Assembly: GCA_964606775.1 (NCBI GenBank) | Contig: CAZSGW010000004.1 | Coordinates: forward strand, 11,337 to 43,336 | Reading direction: 5' to 3' | Length of the DNA: 32,000 nt | From: Candidatus Woesearchaeota archaeon | Lineage (GTDB): Archaea > Nanobdellota > Nanobdellia > Pacearchaeales > GW2011-AR1 | In this document: positions 16,784-23,698 of the stretch, piece by piece | Numbering within the stretch: position 1 is the first letter of the stretch | Layout: the number at the start of each line of letters is the position of its first letter | Notes under the pieces: generated by a model | Database searches by the model: none | Told to the model about the DNA's origin: nothing | What the model saw: the letters and a program-made list of their open reading frames with translations, nothing else | Made by a program: the position numbers and the translations under genes

Positions 16784-19510
16784 TTATCTTTTTGGAGGAA
16801 ATCTTCTTTTAAGATTCTTTGCCCTCCCAGTACCAGGTCTATTTGGAGACATTTTTTTATTTTTGTCAGAGGAACCGATTTTTGGAACAGGTATTTCTGC
16901 CATCCCAGTTCTCTTTCCAGCATACTTCTTCATTACAAATCTAATTTGCTCATTACTCCATTTAGCTCTTTTTAACGATTTCATTATTTGTTCATCACTC
17001 TTCCCTTGAGCCTTCGACCTATGAACATAATTAACCATATTGTAATAAGCATTCTTATCCTTAAACAGATAATTTTCATATCTTTTCTTATACCAAATCT
17101 GTAGTACAATATAAATTATAATTCCCAAAAAGATAATTCCAATTAAAACAAGAATAAATAGTAACCATTTGAATTCCTTCCCTTCTTCTTGCACGTTAGA
17201 AATATCCCCCTCATCAACCAGATTTAATTTATTAATTGGAGGAGCAACAAAAGCAGGAACATCTGTAAAATCATAATCTGCTGTTGTATAAAATGAAACA
17301 ATTTCTGAACTTCCAACCTCTTTGTAATAATAATTACCTGATTTTGTCATGGTATAATTATTTTCAAATCCCAACCCCTCAATATCTTCTATAAATAAGT
17401 ATGCAGGGTCTTCTGAACTTTTATCGATTCTTAACTCAAATACCTTCACCAATGGTTCTTGTCCAAACCCATAATTCGCCGAATACCCTTTCATAGATAT
17501 TTTCGTGTCTGCATTTAGTTGGTTCCATCCTATAACCGCCTCCTTATATGAATTTTCTTCTGCATAATCATATTCCTCGCCTGTGATTGTAGTAAGTGCT
17601 CCAAGATTGATGTTGTACGAAGCAGGGTAGTAACTTATGGGTGTTGAATCCATAGTTTTCATTATAGATTCTGGAAGTTCTATCGCAACTAATTCACTTG
17701 CTATACTTTGATATTCAGATTCGATGGCATCTTGGCCAAGCACATTATATTGAGTTTCTAATTCACTTAATTTTGAATCAACTTCCTCTAATTTTAAAAC
17801 GCTTTCAATACCCTTTTTTGCAAAACCCTCATATCCTAATACTTCCGTCCGAATATCTTCCAAATATTTTTTCTTATTTGTTAATAAATCATCAATTATA
17901 TTCTTTGCAGAACCAACCTCTATTTGAAATGTCTTTGAGGATTGCTTTCCAGCTTCATCAGTTATTGTTATTATAACTTCATATATTCCCGTCTCAGAAA
18001 AGCTGTATGTTACTTTGTTTTCCGTAGTAGTCTTAGTTGTTAAACTATCGTTGAAATTCCATTCATAAGAGGTAATGTTTTTATCTGATTCTAATGTAAC
18101 TTTAAATTCTGTTGGAATAACAGCTGCAGTTGTTGTAGGACTTATAGAAGTAATTTGTGCAAGTTGGGCAACTTCTACTTCCTCTTCAATGATTTCCGTC
18201 CCATCCAATTTCAACTCAAAATTGTAATCTCCTTCTTCTTCCGGAACAGAAAAATTACCTTCATCCAAATAAATTTTTGAAAAATCCATTGAAATTGTTC
18301 CTGCAGTTTTTTCTAAATCATAAAAGTTCTGCTGAGTTGAAACAGGACCTCCTGCTATTTGATATTCTAATTCTAAATTATTTAAATCAATATTTTGATC
18401 AACACCAGAACGAATTCTCATGGGGATAATACAATCATTTTCTTCGCAATTCAAACTCCCATATTTATCCATTAAGTAATCTTCCATAAGTGTTGTCAAC
18501 TCTCTCCCATCTGAAAGTGTATTTTCGATTGTTAAGGTTCCAATTTGAGCGAATTTTTTTGCAACCGCTCCAATCTTGAAAGAATAAGTTGTTTCATCAG
18601 GAATAAAACTTCCATAGAAACCACATCTGTCTATGTTGTCATAGCCTTTAACTTCAAAAATATCATTCCCTGATTGAGAGGTATATAAGCAAACGTAATG
18701 GTCCTCTTTCTCCGTTACCAAATAGTCTACATCACAAGTCATTGTAGTCCATGAGGCTCCAGGAGATTGCCCTGGTTGACAATTTGAAACAGCTTCCCAG
18801 ATTCCCGTTTCCTTGTTATTCTTATAAATTTCTAAAGTAAGCCCATTCAAAGTTCCACTGCCTTTTAATTCGGTTGTTAGAACGAATCCTGGAGCTTCAT
18901 CCAACTCAATTTTTTGACAAAATTGACTATCGTCTCCTAATTGGTACTCTTCTCCGTAACTATTATAATTAACATCATTAAAACAACCATAATTTGGATT
19001 TGGATTAACTAATTGTGTACCAACTTTTGTATTTCCTGTTTCCGCAACTCCATCGTCGAATAAATCTATTTTTATTTGGTTGTTTATCTTTTCCCCAGTA
19101 GAATCGCTCGTTACATCAAAACCAATATCTTTTATTTCACTTATTGAAGCATCTATGTCAAATCCTATATAATAATCACTTTCCGCATTAGCAATAATTG
19201 TTTTTGAATTTTCGCCGCTCGAAGAAACATAAGCCGAACTACAATCTAATGGCTCACAAGTATAACTTAAGCCCGAATTTTTTGTAGTTTTTAATAAATC
19301 TATCAACCTTATTGAGTTTTCGTTCGAATCCGTGAATTCAATATCTGTTTCTTCATCTTCTAAACTTAAATTAATCCAGCCCTTAATGTCTTGACCTTTA
19401 CCATACCATGAGTTTATTGAATATTCTGGTTCGCCAATCGTAAGACTCGCAGAAATAATTCCTAATAGAAAAATTATTGCAAAAATAAAAAAATAAACTT
19501 TACACCTCAT
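16784..19510 (-). CDS. Large type I surface protein with a PKD domain, C-terminal TM anchor and basic cytoplasmic tail
   Basis: It has a signal peptide (MRCKVYFFIFAIIFLLGIISA) and a PKD-like module (YEWNFNDS...VTYSFSETGIYEVIITITDEAGKQS). A TM helix (WLLFILVLIGIIFLGIIIYIVLQIW) and a K/R-rich tail follow. The track start at 19525 is TTG and the ATG at 19510 is preferred. Confidence 0.75.
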   Translation of the reverse strand: MRCKVYFFIFAIIFLLGIISASLTIGEPEYSINSWYGKGQDIKGWINLSLEDEETDIEFTDSNENSIRLIDLLKTTKNSGLSYTCEPLDCSSAYVSSSGENSKTIIANAESDYYIGFDIDASISEIKDIGFDVTSDSTGEKINNQIKIDLFDDGVAETGNTKVGTQLVNPNPNYGCFNDVNYNSYGEEYQLGDDSQFCQKIELDEAPGFVLTTELKGSGTLNGLTLEIYKNNKETGIWEAVSNCQPGQSPGASWTTMTCDVDYLVTEKEDHYVCLYTSQSGNDIFEVKGYDNIDRCGFYGSFIPDETTYSFKIGAVAKKFAQIGTLTIENTLSDGRELTTLMEDYLMDKYGSLNCEENDCIIPMRIRSGVDQNIDLNNLELEYQIAGGPVSTQQNFYDLEKTAGTISMDFSKIYLDEGNFSVPEEEGDYNFELKLDGTEIIEEEVEVAQLAQITSISPTTTAAVIPTEFKVTLESDKNITSYEWNFNDSLTTKTTTENKVTYSFSETGIYEVIITITDEAGKQSSKTFQIEVGSAKNIIDDLLTNKKKYLEDIRTEVLGYEGFAKKGIESVLKLEEVDSKLSELETQYNVLGQDAIESEYQSIASELVAIELPESIMKTMDSTPISYYPASYNINLGALTTITGEEYDYAEENSYKEAVIGWNQLNADTKISMKGYSANYGFGQEPLVKVFELRIDKSSEDPAYLFIEDIEGLGFENNYTMTKSGNYYYKEVGSSEIVSFYTTADYDFTDVPAFVAPPINKLNLVDEGDISNVQEEGKEFKWLLFILVLIGIIFLGIIIYIVLQIWYKKRYENYLFKDKNAYYNMVNYVHRSKAQGKSDEQIMKSLKRAKWSNEQIRFVMKKYAGKRTGMAEIPVPKIGSSDKNKKMSPNRPGTGRAKNLKRRFPPKR

Positions 19511-19542
19511 TTCAATTAAAAGCAAACAATTATTTATAAAAC

Positions 19543-19845
19543 TTACTCAGCAGTACAAAAATTATTTTCACAAACGCAATCTGGTTTGAACTTCACCCCG
19601 TTTTTATTTAAATATCTAAATCTTAACAATTTATTTTTTAATGAATCTTCTTGAAAATCTGAATTTGCACAAACATATTTTCCTCCAGAGTAGCTCTGGT
19701 ATGTTATACAATCCTCTTTCTTTTCACAATGTCCCAATTCACTTGGATTTGTCGAAAAGTATAGCCCCGCTGTTAAACCAATCAGAATAATTGCAACAAT
19801 AAAAATGACCTTTCCAGCAGACACTCTTTTTCTTGGATATTCCAT
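19543..19845 (-). CDS. Small N-terminally anchored Cys-containing protein
   Basis: It has an N-terminal TM helix (GKVIFIVAIILIGLTAGLYF) and then 6 Cys in 70 aa. It sits directly upstream of the PKD protein. Confidence 0.45.
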   Translation of the reverse strand: MEYPRKRVSAGKVIFIVAIILIGLTAGLYFSTNPSELGHCEKKEDCITYQSYSGGKYVCANSDFQEDSLKNKLLRFRYLNKNGVKFKPDCVCENNFCTAE

Positions 19846-19931
19846 AAAAACATCAATGAAGACTTCTTTTTAAAATTAAGGTAATTTCATATTTTAAAAA
19901 AATATTTAAACTATTAAAACACTATAAAACT

Positions 19932-20348
19932 ATGAAAAAATTTATGAAGAACACTCTTTCGGCTTTGGTTTTTTCCTCTGCGACTCTATTTAATAGTTTT
20001 TCACAAGAAAGCTCAGATACTGCGAGATCCAGATGTACAGAATATAAATCTTTAATGGGTTGTCCTTACGGGACAATTTGTTATCATAATGATTCTGCAA
20101 ATATTTGCATAAAACCTGACAATGAAACGGGACACGGGCTTGTAGAATGGCTAAACGCTCTCAGACTAGATGGAAAATTAGAGTACAATGAAGATATGGA
20201 GACCATTTCAAGAAGGAATTTCTTAATAACTCTTCACGAGAAAGGAGAGCTTAATAGTTCCCTAAGGGATGAAATATACTTGGATTGTCCAGGATGCGAA
20301 AAACATTACAATTCATTTCTAGACCTTAAAAAAGATTTAACAGAATAA
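19932..20348 (+). CDS. Small secreted Cys-containing protein
   Basis: It has a signal peptide (MKKFMKNTLSALVFSSATLFNSFSQ) and 8 Cys, including a CPGC pair. No family was recognised. Confidence 0.45.
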   Translation: MKKFMKNTLSALVFSSATLFNSFSQESSDTARSRCTEYKSLMGCPYGTICYHNDSANICIKPDNETGHGLVEWLNALRLDGKLEYNEDMETISRRNFLITLHEKGELNSSLRDEIYLDCPGCEKHYNSFLDLKKDLTE

Positions 20349-20349
20349 A

Positions 20350-22014
20350 TTACTCTCGAATTATTTTCTTTGTCTCAGTTCCACAGGAATTTGTAATTTG
20401 TATAAAATACATTCCTTTCTCTTTAGGCAAATTAATATTTAACTCATTCTTTCCAGGAAGAGATTCTTGAGATGTATGTCCTTCCAATTTTCCTTCTAAA
20501 TTATAAATTTCTGCATAAACTTTTTCTGGTTTGTTTGTTGAATAAGGAATAATTAAATCTTCGTTAGCTACAGGTAAAGGATTAGGGTACGCGTTTCCTA
20601 TTTTGCATTTTTCTGCAAAATTGTTTCTTACTCTTGTTCCTGAAGTAGCTGTATCAACTTCAATTACATCTGAATAGATTTCCGAGTTTCCTGCAGAATC
20701 CACAGCATAAATCTTAAAACTATTTTCCCCATCTTTCAAATCAGTGCTATCTTTCCAAAGATTATTAGAAAACATCTTTAACATAGAAGTGTCAGAAAGG
20801 TTTCTTCTATTGCCATTTACCTCTAAATAAGAATTACCCCTATCAAGATATTCTTCATCAATCGTGAATTCAAATGGAAGTTTAAGGTGTTTGTAAACAG
20901 AATCTCCAACAGGATATGAAACACCTATTTCCGGCTTTGTTTTATCAATTATGAAATTCCATATTTTACTGGTATCGTTTCCCTGAATATCTTTCGCAGA
21001 AACTTCTACGCTATGTGCTCCCTCTGAAGATGGTAAAGCAATATTTGTATCAAGAGAATAAACAGGGTCATCCCTCGGTCTACGTCCAATCATCCCATAA
21101 TGCGCTTTTTGACAAGGAATATTATTCCAATCTCCACTATCAACTCTGAATTTTGCCGAATCTAAGAAGCAATAGTTATCTTTATCTGCAATATTTACAT
21201 TTGCCTCTGAAATATCACTCAAAAATTTCTTTGAATCAAGTGTTGAACTTGTTATCACAGGAGCATCCTTATCAAATTGAGGATTTCTCATAACCAAATA
21301 AGTTGAATCAATATACAACGAGTCCACCCTATAACCTTCAGGACGGCTCTCATCCTCCGATATATAAATTTTCAAAAATCCTTGGGGCCCTCTAGCCCAC
21401 CCCTCAACCGTATAATAGTCAGTATAACCAACCCCAATTACATTATCTTTATCCATAGTTCCTTGTACTCCCGGTTTAAGGTCAAAGATAGGAAAATAAT
21501 TTGAATTATCAAAAAAATTAAAATGATTCATAACAGAATCTTTGTTAGTAAAATCTTCTTGTTTGTTCACCAAAGGAATAGCGTTTACAGAATGAGGGGA
21601 ACCGCGATTATACACACTCGCTGACAGACAAGGAATGTTGTGCGCTCTATTGTTAATTTCTTTTGAAAATAATGAGGTGTCATAGGAGTCCAGTTCAGAA
21701 AATCTCCCTTTCCTATTGTAATCTATTACTGCTTGGGAAGTATAATTTTGACATATCCAATTTGAATCTTCGTATTTTCCTGTATGTCCCAATTCCCAAA
21801 TATTATCATTCATATGTGCCGAATCTGCATAGGCTTTTTTCTCTGCACTTGTTGAAGCGTTCCATTCAGGATTGGTTGGATGTTGATACATATTTATTAT
21901 GCAACGAGGTTTAAGTTCTTGTGCTTTCAAATTTGAAGAAGGATTTAAAACACTTGCACCCGCTAACAAGATTCCTGCAAGTCCCGAGACAATTCCTTTT
22001 TTGAATTTATTCAT
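20350..22014 (-). CDS. Secreted multidomain protein ending in a T9SS-type (Por_Secre_tail-like) C-terminal domain
   Basis: It has a signal peptide (..AGILLAGASVLNPSSNLKAQE) and a possible Cys/His core (NWICQNYTSQ ... GSPHSVNAIPL ... FFDNS). Ig-like modules follow (VSAKDIQGND, IYAVDSAGNSE). The last 80 aa read AYPNPLPVANEDLIIPYS...VYAEIYNLEGKL...GMYFIQITN...TKKIIRE. Confidence 0.65.
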   Translation of the reverse strand: MNKFKKGIVSGLAGILLAGASVLNPSSNLKAQELKPRCIINMYQHPTNPEWNASTSAEKKAYADSAHMNDNIWELGHTGKYEDSNWICQNYTSQAVIDYNRKGRFSELDSYDTSLFSKEINNRAHNIPCLSASVYNRGSPHSVNAIPLVNKQEDFTNKDSVMNHFNFFDNSNYFPIFDLKPGVQGTMDKDNVIGVGYTDYYTVEGWARGPQGFLKIYISEDESRPEGYRVDSLYIDSTYLVMRNPQFDKDAPVITSSTLDSKKFLSDISEANVNIADKDNYCFLDSAKFRVDSGDWNNIPCQKAHYGMIGRRPRDDPVYSLDTNIALPSSEGAHSVEVSAKDIQGNDTSKIWNFIIDKTKPEIGVSYPVGDSVYKHLKLPFEFTIDEEYLDRGNSYLEVNGNRRNLSDTSMLKMFSNNLWKDSTDLKDGENSFKIYAVDSAGNSEIYSDVIEVDTATSGTRVRNNFAEKCKIGNAYPNPLPVANEDLIIPYSTNKPEKVYAEIYNLEGKLEGHTSQESLPGKNELNINLPKEKGMYFIQITNSCGTETKKIIRE

Positions 22015-22259
22015 ATTATTTTATTGTTTTTAATATTTAATTATCTTTCTTTTATATGTTTTCACTAAAGAATAGTAATATTTAAACCTTTCGCTTAATT
22101 TACTTCCCTAGTCCTTTATTCAAAAAATTTTATAACTTTCTCAGTATTATTTGAGATAAGATGTTTTTTATAAATTTCCTTTATTAAAGTAAGATTAATT
22201 TTATTTAAATTTCATACTTGAACTTTATGAATTTTTTATTATAAACTTCTTCAAAATAT

Positions 22260-22480
22260 TCAATTATTTAATTTTTCAAATAATTCTTTTTCATCACCAT
22301 AAAGAGCTTTTTCTTCATTTACTTTTATTAATCTTTTAATTATCCCTAATTATTTTTTGAAATTTTCTCTCAAGATTTCTTTTATAAATTCTTGAATTGT
22401 AGAAAATCCTTTTGTTTTGCTTGTTTTTCTGATGCTTCTATAAATTCTCTTGAGAACCTTAAATTAATTTGTTTATTCAT
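22260..22480 (-). pseudogene. Decayed ribbon-helix-helix (CopG-like) gene: one frameshift plus one in-frame stop
   Basis: The ATG at 22480 gives MNKQINLRFSREFIEASEKQAKQK, then stops after 8 more codons. Shifting +1 in the A-run restores GFSTIQEFIKEILRENFKK, a good RHH helix 2. That frame hits TAA at 22350-22352 and continues open as LGIIKRLIKVNEEKALYGDEKELFEKLNN to TGA at 22260. Confidence 0.4.
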
Positions 22481-22542
22481 GATACCAATAGATATCATAT
22501 ATTATCTTTTAGAATTATCTCTTAAATAATACTGATTACCAA

Positions 22543-22719
22543 TTATATGTCTTCTTCTTTAATAATTTTTCTTGATTCAAAATCCGCATTTATTGAAGCA
22601 TCCTTAATTATTTTTTTAATCTCCCTTTTTAAATTATCTTCTATTTTTTTCATTGCCCTTGAACTTATTTTTTTATTTTCTTCTCTTGCAGTTTCCTTTA
22701 AAAATTTGTCAGTTATCAT
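22543..22719 (-). CDS. Unannotated 58-aa ORF with a histone-fold-like sequence (alpha3-truncated / DUF1931-like)
   Basis: It falls below the 60-aa track cutoff. The translation is MITDKFLKETAREENKKISSRAMKKIEDNLKREIKKIIKDASINADFESRKIIKEEDI*. Its ATG overlaps the upstream TGA as ATGA (22716-22719). The ISSRAM..(long helix)..ESRKIIKEEDI pattern parallels RVSDDA...HAGRKTIKAEDI of archaeal histones. Confidence 0.45.
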   Translation of the reverse strand: MITDKFLKETAREENKKISSRAMKKIEDNLKREIKKIIKDASINADFESRKIIKEEDI

Positions 22720-23306
22720 ATATATTCCTGAACCAGTATGTTCTTGATTTCAAATTTAACTTCCCATTTTTCAAGGAATTCTCTAATTAATTCTGTTTTT
22801 TCAATAGGACAAAGCAAAACACTCTTTCCTAATTTTTTCATATTAAATTTTTCTATTAATCCCTTTTCATTTCTTCTTCCACTAAGAGAAAATAAAAATT
22901 TTGTTTTATTGCTATTTGATAAATTTGATAAGTTATAACTAATCAAGGACTTTCCAGTAAACCCTAATTTTTTTGAAAAGGGATGATTATCAATTAAACT
23001 AAAACCTTCTGTTAAAACACCTTGCCTTGAGAGAATTGTTTTGTCGAATAAATCTTTTAGATTGATTGATTTTATATCAAGTTTATCTTCATTAATTTTA
23101 GATATGATTTTATTCTTAAATTCTTGCACTTTTTCTAATTGTGTTTTTAAGGGAGTTTCCTTAAAAATAATCAAAATATCTATGTCATTAGGTTTTCTCT
23201 TTCCTTTTATATATGAACCATAAAGAATAATATCAAAAATTTCTTTGTTCTTTTGAAATTTTTTAGATTCTAATTTCAAGTATTTCAAATAATCTTCTGC
23301 AGTCAT
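22716..23306 (-). CDS. Pol-beta superfamily nucleotidyltransferase (MNT-like) with an extra ~100-aa C-terminal domain
   Basis: Contains the LYGSYIKGKRKPNDIDILIIF (GS...DxD) motif about 28 aa from the ATG at 23306. The track start at 23324 is TTG. The C-terminal half (SLISYNLSNLSNSNKTKFLFSLSGRRNEKGLIEKF..LGKSVLLCPIEK..) is absent from minimal NTases. Confidence 0.7.
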   Translation of the reverse strand: MTAEDYLKYLKLESKKFQKNKEIFDIILYGSYIKGKRKPNDIDILIIFKETPLKTQLEKVQEFKNKIISKINEDKLDIKSINLKDLFDKTILSRQGVLTEGFSLIDNHPFSKKLGFTGKSLISYNLSNLSNSNKTKFLFSLSGRRNEKGLIEKFNMKKLGKSVLLCPIEKTELIREFLEKWEVKFEIKNILVQEYI

Positions 23307-23604
23307 TTTCAAAAATCTCCACAACTTCTAAATTTAGTTTAGTTCTGTAACTACTTTGATAAAAAGGAAAATCTTTATCCAAAATAGAATAAATTTCAGG
23401 AGATAATTTCTTTAATATGCTAAATCTCTCTGAATGATTTGAAGGAGATTTTCCTTGTTTTATTAATATGTATAAATCTGCTAAAGATGAAATTGCTTTG
23501 AAAAATAAAGTTACAGAAGAATTATAATCTTTTTTTGATTTTAAATATTTTGCATTTGAAAAATATTCTCTTGAATTTGATATTAAATCCTGCTTTATTG
23601 TCAT
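23263..23604 (-). CDS. HEPN-domain protein (PF05168-like, no R-x4-6-H RNase motif)
   Basis: An all-helical 113-aa protein with YNSSVTLFFKAISSLADLYILIKQGKSPSNHSERFSILKKL, resembling non-catalytic KNTase-type HEPN. It overlaps the NTase gene by 44 nt. Confidence 0.55.
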   Translation of the reverse strand: MTIKQDLISNSREYFSNAKYLKSKKDYNSSVTLFFKAISSLADLYILIKQGKSPSNHSERFSILKKLSPEIYSILDKDFPFYQSSYRTKLNLEVVEIFENDCRRLFEILEIRI

Positions 23605-23618
23605 GTTAATAATATAAC

Positions 23619-23661
23619 AAAAAAAGAATATTTAAAGGTTTTGGTTATTGTATCAACCTTT
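23619..23661 (-). terminator. Hairpin plus T7 tract downstream of the 1050-aa gene
   Basis: Inverted repeat AAAGGTT (23634-23640) / AACCTTT (23655-23661) has a 14-nt loop. On the minus-strand transcript it is followed by TTTTTTT (complement of 23619-23625). Archaeal termination favours oligo-T. Confidence 0.35.
23627..23636 (-). promoter_or_regulatory. TATA-like box for the HEPN/NTase module
   Basis: CTTTAAATAT on the minus strand is centred about 27 nt upstream of the ATG at 23604 and no SD is present. Confidence 0.4.
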
Positions 23662-23698
23662 CTTATGCTTAATAGAAAACCCTTAAGATAAAATACAA

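Noticed and set aside
14329-17976. Track ORFs 14329-14592, 16383-16622 and 17698-17976 (all +)
   Set aside because: They are antisense shadows within the Zn-ribbon, GTPase and PKD-protein genes.
20350-22014. The T9SS-CTD gene as proof that the contig is bacterial or contaminated
   Set aside because: Genes on both sides within a few kb are unmistakably archaeal (class I CCA enzyme, RtcB/archease, archaeal pilin signals), and base composition looks continuous. A chimera cannot be excluded without reads, so this is kept as a finding with that caveat.
21663-23223. Track ORFs 21663-21914, 22547-22747, 22738-22938 and 23041-23223 (all +)
   Set aside because: They are antisense to the T9SS-CTD protein, the histone-fold mini-ORF and the NTase. 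The translations are F/L/S/I-rich low-complexity strings, as expected opposite K/E-rich genes.
19846-23698. The island as a discrete integrated mobile element or provirus
   Set aside because: I found no integrase, transposase, tRNA attachment site, capsid-like gene or flanking direct repeats by eye. It is treated as a variable locus instead.
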